Virus record (IMG/VR): IMGVR_UViG_3300034066_002191
DNA: 64,000 nucleotides
Direction: 5' to 3' (one strand)
Source of the DNA: a virus
Below are positions 32,479-42,401 of the stretch, piece after piece; within the stretch, counting starts at the first letter, position 1; every line of letters begins with the position of its first letter. A program made the position numbers and the translations under genes. The notes beneath the pieces were generated by a model, which was not told the DNA's origin, ran no database searches, and worked only from the letters and a program-made list of their open reading frames with translations.

Positions 32479-35400
32479 TTACGCTGTTGGAGTCATGGCA
32501 AGTATTAATGTATTTGTTATTACATCTGGATTTGATGCTGCACTATCTTTTGCTATGTCTGGTCTAGATAATGGCATTGGAGCAAACTGTGCCTTTGCGA
32601 TTGATTGAGACTGTGTTGGGGGCTTAATATTTGATTGCGTTCTAAATATGTCCCACCAAGGTTTTTCTTCTTTTGAGTTTAGCTTCGGTTTATTTTTATT
32701 CTTTTCTTCTAATAATTTTTGATTGAATTCTGCATTTGTTATTTTATTCCCTACTAAATTTGTCCAACTACCGTCAGCACTTTGTGTCCATGGCATTCCT
32801 CCAATTGTAGCAGTTCTTCGCTTTGGTGGTTGATTTGGTGATGGAGTCTGTGGTGGTGGTTGATTTGGAAGCGGCGTATTTTTTCCTTTTGTATCGTAGG
32901 CACCTCTAGTGAATCCCACATGCAAATGATCATAATGATTCCCATCATATTGTCCACGAGTAACTGATGGCTGCCCAGCAAACCAATATCCATAATGATC
33001 ATATATTAGAGCTTTAATTCCATATGAATTTCTGTTATTATATAAATGAACAAACAAACTAGTAAGTCTTGCAATTTCTCCTTTATTTTGTGGTGGTTGT
33101 CCTCTATGATCTGTAACATCAAATGCATTTGTAGCATGATCGGCACTGGCATGACCACCAACACGAGAATTACCTTTTGGATTAAAACCTCCAGGATTCG
33201 GTTCAAATTTTGGCCAGGCATTATTAGTAAAATATTTATTTTCTCCAACGGTAAATCCTTGTTGTAGAATCCATTTTCCTACTTGTATTAAATTCCCACC
33301 AGCAGCAGCAACAGTTCCAGTGACTATGCCCCTGTTTATTTCGGCTGGTCTCAATTGACCAGCTTTAAATTTTCCAATAGTTGCTCCCCTAGGCTCAAAT
33401 CCAAATGCATGTCCCGCTCTTCTTACTTCAGTTTCGTCAGCCAAATGATCATTTTTATCTTCAAATGATATAGATCTAAAATTATCTCTTGGTCCAACAA
33501 AATCTCTGGCGGATCTTTGTCTTGTTGTATCTAATAATGCTGCCGCAGCTGCTTCTAATTGGGCTTGATTTCTTCCTTGACTTTGTACATACTCAATTGC
33601 ACTTTGTTTATTTGTTATTTTTGACCATGCTGCGACTCCTCCCTTTTCTCTAACAGGTTGGAATTGTGTCGGATTTAAAATTGTATTTCTAATACTTCCT
33701 CCAGTTTTCCAAGGATCTCCCGGCATCGCAACTCTATTATAAATTGCTTGGGCAACATCTGCGTATCCTTGTGGACTTATTCCTTCAAATAATGCTGCGG
33801 TTGCGAGCAACCAAAAATCTGGACTATCACTACTAACTATTATGTCTCCAGCTTCTCCGAGACTTGGTGATATTCTTCCTTCAGGCTCTTCTCCTTTTAA
33901 ACCCATCTCTCTTCTAAGACTCTGGAATATTTCATTTGTTCTAGAGTTCAAGGCATTCTGGAAGGAGCGAGATATTGCCGCACCTAGTTGTTCTCCGATT
34001 GATGGCCCAGTTCTCAAAGTTCTTGATGCTGGTATAACTCCACCTTCTGCTGCAGCGACAATCGATCTCTGAATTTGATTAACTTCTTTTGATGATTGTG
34101 CAGCTATTGCATTATCGATTAATGTGGCAAAGTTATTTTTAATTTCTAGTCCAAGTAAAGGATCTGGTTTTTGTCCTAAAGGTAAATTTGATGTCGCAAC
34201 CATGATTCCACCAAAAAGTGGATCACGATTTTTATTCATGATTTCTGAAATATTTTTTAATGCCCTTAATGGGTTTTTCTTTCCTGGTTTTTTTGGCGAT
34301 GCAAATACTTTTTTAATTTGCTTCAATCCACCAACATTTTGTCCTGGCTGTGGAGCTTGTCTTCTTGATCTTTGTAATCTCTTTGTTCTTCTAGGTGTTG
34401 TCCTAGAAATAGTTCTACGAATTGGTCTTCCGCCTCTTGTTATCGCACCGCCAGCTGCTTTTTTCTGTACCTTTTCTCCCTGACCTTGCATTGATGTCGT
34501 GGCATCAAATAACGATCTACCAACAATGTCACCAAGTAAACCACCCCAAATAGGTCCACCAAAAGGAATCAATGCAGGAAAACTACCTAATGCTGCACCA
34601 ACTGCTGCACCAACTGCACCAGCAGCAGCTCGATCTGGTCTCTCTTTGAATATCAAGGTACTAATTAAAAAGTCAGCGATCGGACCAATTATAGGAACCT
34701 TTCCTAATATCTTTGCTCCTCCTTTTCCTAATAGTTTTAATGATGCACGCTGCTGTACATTACCTAAACCTCGTGCTCCTATATTGCCTGCCGTTCTCCC
34801 TTTCCCAGCAAGTCCACCAGTGGGAATTGTCCTCTGAGAAAATCTTTGCCTGACAGCACCTAAAGCTTGAGCTGGAGTTGATCCACGATTAATTTTATCT
34901 TGATATAATCGTGCCGCATCAAAGCCATACTTTTTGGTAATTGCCTCTTGTGCACGAGTTTGATTAAAATATTGTGACAATCTAGTGGGAGATTGTCCTC
35001 GTGGACCTACCCCAGGTCTAGGACTAATTCTTGTTGGTAATTTTTTTCCGCCACCGCCAATAGTGCCGGAACCAGCAATTGCAAGTCCAACAATAATAGC
35101 AGTATTTAAAAATTTGTTTAATGTGGAAGATAATTCATCAAACTGTTTTTCAAATTTTTCTCCGCCAACTTGCTTTGCGAGTGCTCTTACTTTGTCATAT
35201 TGTTCATATCCAAGATCAATTGCATCAACAAAATTTTTAAATACAGAACCAACAAAGTTTTCAGTAAATTTTATAAATGGATCTATGAACTTTAATGTAC
35301 TTAGTATTTTAGGGAGAAACTTTACCAACTTAGTAAAGGCAAATCCCATAAAAGTATAAAGAATGAAGTTACGGATTGCATCCAAAAATCCAGTTTTAGG

Positions 35401-35685
35401 CAATGCCCCTTGTAAATATTTTAATGGATTAATAAGTTTTGGTGTTTCTGCTTGTTTTTCTTGTTGTTGCCTCGTTCGTGTGATTCCTTGTCTTCTTTGT
35501 TGTTCCGTTTGTTGTCTCTGTAAAGAAGCATTAGATTTAACTAAAGTTTCAATTTTCCTTAAACTTTCATATATCGATTTTAATACACCAAGTGCAGTAT
35601 TTCCAGAAGAAACAGGAGAGTTCAGTGTTACTCTTCTTGTTCTCGGTATTAATGGAGTAGTAGGTGTTGCAGTTGGTGTTGCCAT
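32479..35685 (-). CDS. Tape-measure-like virion protein with SleB-like hydrolase and C-terminal Zn-peptidase-like domain
   Basis: LFEG..QGYADVAQAIYNRV...ILNPTQFQP; DHATNAFDV...NHYDHLHVGF; glycine-zipper hydrophobic segment. Confidence 0.65.
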   Translation of the reverse strand: MATPTATPTTPLIPRTRRVTLNSPVSSGNTALGVLKSIYESLRKIETLVKSNASLQRQQTEQQRRQGITRTRQQQEKQAETPKLINPLKYLQGALPKTGFLDAIRNFILYTFMGFAFTKLVKFLPKILSTLKFIDPFIKFTENFVGSVFKNFVDAIDLGYEQYDKVRALAKQVGGEKFEKQFDELSSTLNKFLNTAIIVGLAIAGSGTIGGGGKKLPTRISPRPGVGPRGQSPTRLSQYFNQTRAQEAITKKYGFDAARLYQDKINRGSTPAQALGAVRQRFSQRTIPTGGLAGKGRTAGNIGARGLGNVQQRASLKLLGKGGAKILGKVPIIGPIADFLISTLIFKERPDRAAAGAVGAAVGAALGSFPALIPFGGPIWGGLLGDIVGRSLFDATTSMQGQGEKVQKKAAGGAITRGGRPIRRTISRTTPRRTKRLQRSRRQAPQPGQNVGGLKQIKKVFASPKKPGKKNPLRALKNISEIMNKNRDPLFGGIMVATSNLPLGQKPDPLLGLEIKNNFATLIDNAIAAQSSKEVNQIQRSIVAAAEGGVIPASRTLRTGPSIGEQLGAAISRSFQNALNSRTNEIFQSLRREMGLKGEEPEGRISPSLGEAGDIIVSSDSPDFWLLATAALFEGISPQGYADVAQAIYNRVAMPGDPWKTGGSIRNTILNPTQFQPVREKGGVAAWSKITNKQSAIEYVQSQGRNQAQLEAAAAALLDTTRQRSARDFVGPRDNFRSISFEDKNDHLADETEVRRAGHAFGFEPRGATIGKFKAGQLRPAEINRGIVTGTVAAAGGNLIQVGKWILQQGFTVGENKYFTNNAWPKFEPNPGGFNPKGNSRVGGHASADHATNAFDVTDHRGQPPQNKGEIARLTSLFVHLYNNRNSYGIKALIYDHYGYWFAGQPSVTRGQYDGNHYDHLHVGFTRGAYDTKGKNTPLPNQPPPQTPSPNQPPKRRTATIGGMPWTQSADGSWTNLVGNKITNAEFNQKLLEEKNKNKPKLNSKEEKPWWDIFRTQSNIKPPTQSQSIAKAQFAPMPLSRPDIAKDSAASNPDVITNTLILAMTPTA

Positions 35686-35686
35686 A

Positions 35687-38116
35687 TTATGCTAACCCAT
35701 ATGCTCTAAGATTATCTTCACGATCTCCTAATGGAGATTTAGTGGAGAAAGTTGGAACCTGCGTTCCTCCGGTTGAAGTGGGAGGTGTAGATCTTGCAGC
35801 CGCAACTGGAATTTCTGTAAATGTAACTGTTCCTTGTCTTGCAACTCTTGGTCCTGGTTGTTTGATATCTGGAGAAGTAGGAACAAACATTGCATCAGAT
35901 TTTTTGATTCCAGTAAACTGCAATAAACTATCTATAGATCTCTCAAAAAAACTTTTTGGTTTTTGTTTTGGTTTTGGTGGAGCTGGTGGCGCTTGAAATT
36001 GGACTGGAATTGGAGCAGGTTTATTTCCATAGTTTCCTTGATTTACAAAGAAATTTGCTTGTGGATTTCTTAATACATCTCCCTCTTCAGGCTTCATATA
36101 TTTTTGTTGACTTACTCCATAAAATGCAGTTCTTGTCCCAATAAATCTCTGTGCCTGTTGCTGTAATTTGACATTCTTCAGTGCTTTTTCTGTATCTGAT
36201 ATTTCCTTGAGAGCCGACTGCATATTCCAACCATATTTTTTCCCTTTTGTGGAATTCATAACAGCAATGGCAGCTGATTTTCTATCATTAATATTTGACC
36301 AATCTTTCATGTTGTCAAAAATTGGTTGGTATTGCTTCGGTGCAAGAATAATATCTTTGATTGAATTTTTAGATTGATTGAAATTTGCCCCATATTTGTT
36401 GGATGCCTGAAGTCGATTATAAATTGACTGAGCCACATCAGCTCTTCCTTGTGGGGTCGTATCTTCTAATGCTGAAATTGCAAGGAGCGAGTTATAATCT
36501 GCTGCACTCAATTTTGGTCCTACTACTCCACCATCTTTTGCTAATTGAATGTTGTTTACAAATTTTGGTTTTCTTCCGGACACAAATTGATACAAATTCA
36601 ATCCTGTTTGGCTTTCTACTTTCTTTGCGTCTTCAGGAGTCAATACAATTTCTCCTGGTCTTGCTGCAACTAATTGTGTATCAGGTCCAGCACCAGTAAT
36701 ATTCAATCCAGAATCACGAGTAATTTGCTGACTTCCATCAGTTGCTATCTGTTCTATTCCCATAGAACTTGATTGATTTTTAGGTATCATTCCACCACTT
36801 CTAAATGCATAAGATGATGGAAGTGGTTGAGGTTTTGTTCTTTGATTTTCTTGTTTCTTTGGTTCTTCTGGCTTTAACTTTCTTGTCTGATCTGGCCCTT
36901 CTTTTTGTTTCAATAGTTGATATCCACCATACGCTGCAGCAACTGCAGCACCAGTATATAAAGAACGAACTCCAAATGTTTTCAATAGTTTTAATATACC
37001 AGGTATTCCAATTGCACGAATATATTTGGTAAGATTGATTGCTAGACCGACTGTAGATCTTATAAACTTACCAAATCTTGTCCCAAATAATATAAAAGTC
37101 CCGAGTATTGCTGGCCACCAATCTTTAAAGAATCGTTTTAAGGATTCAATTTTTTCTTTATTCTTTGGATCCGAAATCCATTTCACTAGTTCAGTGAAAG
37201 CCTTTCCTAGTAGAGTATAAAATATAAAATCAAAAATACGATCCAATATACCTTTTACTGGAGATATAACCTTTTCAAATGCGGCATAAGTTTTTTTTGC
37301 AGAAGATTCTAGAGCACTTTCTGCTTCTTGTCTCTTTTTTTGTTCTTCTGTAATTCTTGTGGTTCTTTGTGTTCTTATTGTAGTTGCTCTTTGGGAAGAA
37401 AGAGAAGCTAATATATTGTCTACTGATTTTTGTATCTTTAATAGTATTTGTATGACTGGGGCATCTCCTCCACCTGAGAGGGCACTAGAAGCTCCTGTAG
37501 GACCTATTGGAGGCTGATTTCCACCACCAGTAACGGCACGAGATCTTTGTGTTATTGCTCTGCCAATGTTTACATTACGAGTTCTGAATCTAGGCTGAGA
37601 TGGTTGAACAAACCTTCTTGCTGATCTTGGGGTTGGCTGTCTTCTTTGTGGTTGTCTTCCTGCTCTTTGTATTTCTCCTAAAAGTTCTTCGATTTTGTCC
37701 TTAGTTTCCTCATCTTCATCGTCCTGGTTATCTTGTTTTTGTTGGGCAGGAGGAGTTGGTGTAGTTCTTCTAGGAGGAGTTGGTTTTTTATTTGGTGCTT
37801 TTGGTGGTCTTTTTGATGCTGTTGGTTTTTTATTTTTCTTCTGTTCTTTTTGATATGCTTCTACTTGTTTTAATACTTTATCATGGACTTTACCAAAGTC
37901 CCCTTCCAAAGAATCTTCTTCAAATTCGTCATATTCATTTTCTGATATGGGAAACTCATCTCCTGGATTTGTTTCCACATACCATTTTACAACATAATAA
38001 TATAGTTCAGGATCTGCAGTCTCATTGATTCCTAAGTTTTTGGCAAAAATTATGGCATAGTTTTTTGACCTATTTCTAGGAAATTTAATAGTATCAATAG
38101 ACCATTTCTTTGCCAT
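35687..38116 (-). CDS. Paralogous tape-measure-like protein with SleB-like hydrolase domain
   Basis: ALED..QGRADVAQSIYNRL...ILAPKQYQP; shares the FIxYT..G.AFT.LVK segment with its neighbour. Confidence 0.65.
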   Translation of the reverse strand: MAKKWSIDTIKFPRNRSKNYAIIFAKNLGINETADPELYYYVVKWYVETNPGDEFPISENEYDEFEEDSLEGDFGKVHDKVLKQVEAYQKEQKKNKKPTASKRPPKAPNKKPTPPRRTTPTPPAQQKQDNQDDEDEETKDKIEELLGEIQRAGRQPQRRQPTPRSARRFVQPSQPRFRTRNVNIGRAITQRSRAVTGGGNQPPIGPTGASSALSGGGDAPVIQILLKIQKSVDNILASLSSQRATTIRTQRTTRITEEQKKRQEAESALESSAKKTYAAFEKVISPVKGILDRIFDFIFYTLLGKAFTELVKWISDPKNKEKIESLKRFFKDWWPAILGTFILFGTRFGKFIRSTVGLAINLTKYIRAIGIPGILKLLKTFGVRSLYTGAAVAAAYGGYQLLKQKEGPDQTRKLKPEEPKKQENQRTKPQPLPSSYAFRSGGMIPKNQSSSMGIEQIATDGSQQITRDSGLNITGAGPDTQLVAARPGEIVLTPEDAKKVESQTGLNLYQFVSGRKPKFVNNIQLAKDGGVVGPKLSAADYNSLLAISALEDTTPQGRADVAQSIYNRLQASNKYGANFNQSKNSIKDIILAPKQYQPIFDNMKDWSNINDRKSAAIAVMNSTKGKKYGWNMQSALKEISDTEKALKNVKLQQQAQRFIGTRTAFYGVSQQKYMKPEEGDVLRNPQANFFVNQGNYGNKPAPIPVQFQAPPAPPKPKQKPKSFFERSIDSLLQFTGIKKSDAMFVPTSPDIKQPGPRVARQGTVTFTEIPVAAARSTPPTSTGGTQVPTFSTKSPLGDREDNLRAYGLA

Positions 38117-38121
38117 TTACT

Positions 38122-38298
38122 TTATAGGGATGCCTTTTTTAATTTTGCCTCTTCTTCCTCTAAATGTTGATTTAATAATGCCACATAGATGTCCCTTTCC
38201 CATGGCATTAAATTTTCAATCTCAGTCAAAGAATATTTATGATACTGCATCATCGAGAAATTTAACTTGAAATAGTTTTCAAGGTCCATATGGGACAT
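38122..38298 (-). CDS. gp51-like baseplate hub assembly catalyst
   Basis: Hand-translated 58 aa: MSHMDLENYFKLNFSMMQYHKYSLTEIENLMPWERDIYVALLNQHLEEEEAKLKKASL*; missed by the ORF track. Confidence 0.85.
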   Translation of the reverse strand: MSHMDLENYFKLNFSMMQYHKYSLTEIENLMPWERDIYVALLNQHLEEEEAKLKKASL

Positions 38299-38300
38299 TC

Positions 38301-39020
38301 CTATGAGAAAAAACTTGATAACCCTTCAAGAACAACTTCAGATTCGACTTTTGTATTTGGATTTTTTACTTTTACCGTATGGGATAATTTCGGCATAGTC
38401 TCAAAGAATTTTTCGATTTCTTTGAATTGTGTAGAATTCATCTGATCCAAAAATTCTGTAATTTCTTTTCTAGTCACATCAGAAGATGTCCAGACTTCTT
38501 CTTCCGTATAAATTTTATCGACGCAATCAGCAATCATTTCAAATGACTGTTCTGTTGCATTTTGATCAGAAAAATCAAAGTTGTTTTTGATGAACTGCTC
38601 CAGAGATGGATACTTCATTTCCATCATAATTGAATCATCAACTTTAATTTTGTTTGTATGGTCTTTATTTTTTTGGACTTGGATATCATCAATATTAATT
38701 TTTACTGGAACTGTAGTTTCTCCATCATCAGGACAAATGATGGAAAGCTCTACTTCTTCGCCAACTGATTTAGCACGAATATTCAAGAACAAATATTCGA
38801 TATCAAAAGTAGGAAGGGATTCTACTTTAATACCTTTTGTCTCGATGCAATTTTTAATTACAGTTTTGATTGCTGTAGTAATTTGTTTTGTATCTTCTGA
38901 TTCCAATGCAAGTAAAAGAAGTTTTTCTTCTTTTACGAGAAATGGTCTATATTTAATTGTTTGTCCGGTTGATGGCAAATCCAGATCAAAAACTGGTGCA
39001 ACAATCTTAGGTAAAGGCAT
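38301..39020 (-). CDS. gp26 baseplate hub assembly protein
   Basis: MPLPKI...LPSTG..IKYRPFLVKEEK...FDIEYLFLNIRAKSVGE. Confidence 0.92.
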   Translation of the reverse strand: MPLPKIVAPVFDLDLPSTGQTIKYRPFLVKEEKLLLLALESEDTKQITTAIKTVIKNCIETKGIKVESLPTFDIEYLFLNIRAKSVGEEVELSIICPDDGETTVPVKINIDDIQVQKNKDHTNKIKVDDSIMMEMKYPSLEQFIKNNFDFSDQNATEQSFEMIADCVDKIYTEEEVWTSSDVTRKEITEFLDQMNSTQFKEIEKFFETMPKLSHTVKVKNPNTKVESEVVLEGLSSFFS

Positions 39021-39057
39021 ATTATATGAATAATATTAAATTCGTTTGATTATTTAT

Positions 39058-39849
39058 TTACCTTCGGTTTAACCCATTGAAGAATTCTTGGTCAGTACCA
39101 AAGGCTGGGCCAAATTTTGGTGTTTGTTGTGTTGGATTTGGCGCGACAATTTGATCAATTTTACTAGAACTAACAATATAACGAGTATAAGCAAACGATA
39201 CAGTACACTTCAATACCTGCGATGCCTCATAAGAAACCGGCATGGACATAATAGACATGGGATATGCATCAATAAAAACATAACTTAAATTTTTACTTCT
39301 ATTAATAGAATTTGGTTGTCCCTGTAACCCACCATAATCTCTTTCGAATTTCGTAAGACTTATGTTTGTTCTATATTGTGATCTGTCACCACCATCATTT
39401 CCATCTGGATAATTAATTCTATAAGAATATCTTTTACTTTCTAATCCTAAATTGTCGATATCTACATACTGTTCATCAACAATATATTGCATCCAAAACT
39501 CAAAAAATTTAATTACCTCATAATTGCTATCAACATAAAAAGTAAAATCGGCACGATCATCATACACTCTCCTATACGGAATCTTTTCTGTAACTCCAGT
39601 ATAATCCGTTACATCATGAGTATACAAAGTTGACCCAGGAAGAGTAGCATCACAACACGACAAATTAATTAACTCTTGATCAAAAGTAGCATCCGGACTT
39701 TGACTGAATGCTGTTCTTTTATCTGAGTACCATTTTGACAGACTTGGTGGAATATTTACTTGAAATTGGAAATGTGAAGTCAAAGCTGGGCGTAAAAGCT
39801 TTGACTTTATATCGTCTAGTTTATATGGCCTTGGTCCTACGATTGCCAT
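39058..39849 (-). CDS. Tail-tube-like protein (gp54/gp19 family)
   Basis: CCDATLPG...FTFYVD...FFEFWM...AYPMSI...VLKCTVSFAY. Confidence 0.7.
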   Translation of the reverse strand: MAIVGPRPYKLDDIKSKLLRPALTSHFQFQVNIPPSLSKWYSDKRTAFSQSPDATFDQELINLSCCDATLPGSTLYTHDVTDYTGVTEKIPYRRVYDDRADFTFYVDSNYEVIKFFEFWMQYIVDEQYVDIDNLGLESKRYSYRINYPDGNDGGDRSQYRTNISLTKFERDYGGLQGQPNSINRSKNLSYVFIDAYPMSIMSMPVSYEASQVLKCTVSFAYTRYIVSSSKIDQIVAPNPTQQTPKFGPAFGTDQEFFNGLNRR

Positions 39850-39884
39850 CTAAATATTTTTAACCTTTATATATTATTTAGAAG

Positions 39885-40331
39885 TTGGCAAAGAATTATA
39901 TACAAGGATTCTATTCACCATCAAATCCAGAAAAGTATGCTGGAGATCCCAGAAACATAGTATATCGATCGTCTTATGAACTAAGAGCATTCAAATGGTG
40001 TGACTTATCTGAGAGCATTATTTCTTGGGGATCCGAAGAAGGTTGGATCCCATATAGAAATCCAGCCACAGGAAAAACACATCGATATTTTCCGGATCTT
40101 TTTATTAAAATTAAAGAGTCAAATGGAGAGATCAAAAAGTATCTAATAGAAATAAAACCCAAACGACAAACAATTCAACCAAACCCAACTCCAAAAAAGA
40201 AAACTAAAACCTGGCTGAATGAGATGAAAACATATCAAGTCAATCAGGCAAAATGGGAAGCAGCAGAAAGATTCTGTCAAGAAAATGGAATTATATTCAA
40301 GATAATTACAGAAAAAGAACTTGGAATCTAA
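39885..40331 (+). CDS. gp4 head completion nuclease (TnsA-like)
   Basis: NPEKYAGDP..IVYRSSYE...WGSEE...HRYFPD...IEIKP...NQAKW; TTG start. Confidence 0.92.
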   Translation: MAKNYIQGFYSPSNPEKYAGDPRNIVYRSSYELRAFKWCDLSESIISWGSEEGWIPYRNPATGKTHRYFPDLFIKIKESNGEIKKYLIEIKPKRQTIQPNPTPKKKTKTWLNEMKTYQVNQAKWEAAERFCQENGIIFKIITEKELGI

Positions 40332-40334
40332 GAA

Positions 40335-40943
40335 ATGTTCAGACCACTAAACAATCAAGCTCGTAGACTTTGGGCCATATTTGGAACAGTCAGAAAATGG
40401 TTTTCGGAATTAACTAAATCCACTGAAAGAAAACTTCAAAGACAAGAAGAAGAATTAAATTTCGAAGAAGGAAAGCTCAGAAAGGAAGGAGCAAGAGTTT
40501 ATGTTTACGGTGAACTAGATAAAAAAAGAAAACAATTAGAACAACAAAAAGAAGAGTTCTACAGCTTCAAAAATTTAATCGACAATCTTCCAAAAAATAG
40601 ATCTCCTAATTTTTACTTTGATGCTTTAGTTGATATTCTTGCGAGAATGGGAAGAACAGAAGAATCGGTAGAGATTGGGAAAATTTATACATTTAAGTAT
40701 ATTGCGATCACTGAGGGGAAGTGGTACGATGTCCATCCAGTAAGTTTAATAGTCAAAAAAGGGAAAGGATACTATCAAGGAGTTAATTATCATTGGGAAA
40801 GAAGACCAGAATATATTGAAAGTCCTATCAGAACTTATAATTATGCCAGAATCCAGTCAATGTTTTATAGAATTAAACCACAAGAATTGGAGTATGTTCT
40901 GAGAGTTCCTTCTTTTTATCCTGTCTTTATTTCAAGGCGATAA
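40335..40943 (+). CDS. gp2-like DNA end protector
   Basis: GKIYTFKY...WYDVHP...GVNYHW; adjacent to gp4. Confidence 0.55.
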   Translation: MFRPLNNQARRLWAIFGTVRKWFSELTKSTERKLQRQEEELNFEEGKLRKEGARVYVYGELDKKRKQLEQQKEEFYSFKNLIDNLPKNRSPNFYFDALVDILARMGRTEESVEIGKIYTFKYIAITEGKWYDVHPVSLIVKKGKGYYQGVNYHWERRPEYIESPIRTYNYARIQSMFYRIKPQELEYVLRVPSFYPVFISRR

Positions 40944-41023
40944 ATAAATATAAAACTAATATAAATGTCTCATACTCTACGAAAAATTGAGATAACATTG
41001 TCCCTTATGTGGAGGGATTTCTG

Positions 41024-42400
41024 ATGGCAACTCCGGCAAACAATGTCACTATTTGGTCCCCTAAAACTGGAAGCATTTTAAATGGACCGATTAAAATTTC
41101 TACTCCACCATCAAATACCAAAAAAGACAATATACAAAAAGATTGGTCCAAATTAAATACAAATAGTGCAAATAGTGCAGTAAGAAATTTAGAGTATAGA
41201 ATAAATGACAAAAATGCAGTAGAATTTAGATATCCTACAACTTCTGACCCAAATGGACCCAAAACAACAGCAAATAGCATACAAGAAATAGCAGATGATA
41301 GATTGTATGTCGCAAATTATGGGTATACAGGAACAACCACAACTTTAATAAAAGACGCACTACAAAGACAATTAACCGCCGAAGCAGAATCAATCGAATG
41401 GTTTCCTCCGCCTCCTCCCGCACCTATTCCTTCTGGCGGAGGAGGTGCGGGAGGAGACGATGACGAGCAACAAACAAATCTTTCAGAGGCAATAGAAAAT
41501 CTAGGAAGAATAAATGATGTAGAAGCAAAAGAATTTGGGGAATTGAGATACCCAATAGGATCAGCTACAAATGGACAAGACTATATTCAATTTACTGTAT
41601 TTGAATATTTGCCACAAGAACGATCAGAAAGCAATTTAACATATAATGAAAAAAATACATTTAGTGGAAAAGAAAAGGGATTGGGAAGAATATTTCTACC
41701 AATACAACCAACTATTATGGATACAAATACAGTAAGTTGGGGAGAAGATAAGTTTGGAATTTTAGAAATGATAGGTGCCAATCTTTCTTTGGGAGCAATG
41801 ACTGGAGATAGTGCAGATGAACTAGCCACAAAATTTACAGAAACAGTCACTACCTCTGGAAATAAAATAGATCCAAAAATAGTCAGTGCAGTCCAAACAT
41901 ATCTGGCTAAAATGGCAGTAAGTTCAAACAACAACTTACTTTCTAGATTGACTGGAGCAGTAACAAATCCAAATTTAACTCTATTATTCAATTCACCTGA
42001 ACTAAGAAATTTTAATTTTAATTTTAAATTGACTCCAAGAACACAAAGTGAAGGAACAATAGTAAGAAAAATAATAAGAGTTTTTAAACAATATATGGCA
42101 GTACAAAGAAGTGCTGGCAACTTATTTTTAGAAGCTCCATGTATATTCAAGATAAGGTATATCAGGGGAGTCGATAGATTCAATAAAGAAAGAGATTTAG
42201 ATCACCCGGCATTAAATAGAATTAAAACTTGTGCACTCAGAAGCTTTAGTGCAAATTATACTCCCGCTGGCTCTTATGCGACATATAATGATCCAGCAGG
42301 AACAATGAGTTCTTATGATTTAACAATGTCATTTACTGAATTAGATCCTGTATATTGGGATGATTATAATGGAATACCAGTCGATCAAATAGGTTACTAA
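41024..42400 (+). CDS. gp48 baseplate tail-tube cap
   Basis: LRYP...DYIQF...NPNLTLLFNSPELRNFNFNFKLTPR...LTMSFTELDP; ATG 41024 preferred over GTG 41009; ATAAATA at 40940-40946. Confidence 0.85.
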   Translation: MATPANNVTIWSPKTGSILNGPIKISTPPSNTKKDNIQKDWSKLNTNSANSAVRNLEYRINDKNAVEFRYPTTSDPNGPKTTANSIQEIADDRLYVANYGYTGTTTTLIKDALQRQLTAEAESIEWFPPPPPAPIPSGGGGAGGDDDEQQTNLSEAIENLGRINDVEAKEFGELRYPIGSATNGQDYIQFTVFEYLPQERSESNLTYNEKNTFSGKEKGLGRIFLPIQPTIMDTNTVSWGEDKFGILEMIGANLSLGAMTGDSADELATKFTETVTTSGNKIDPKIVSAVQTYLAKMAVSSNNNLLSRLTGAVTNPNLTLLFNSPELRNFNFNFKLTPRTQSEGTIVRKIIRVFKQYMAVQRSAGNLFLEAPCIFKIRYIRGVDRFNKERDLDHPALNRIKTCALRSFSANYTPAGSYATYNDPAGTMSSYDLTMSFTELDPVYWDDYNGIPVDQIGY

Positions 42401-42401
42401 A

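Noticed and set aside
33842-37220. Plus-strand ORFs of 60-124 aa opposite the tape-measure-like genes
   Set aside because: Antisense shadows with no motifs or promoters; the same applies to 38581..39033, 41587..42183, 44019..44411 and 51498..52052.
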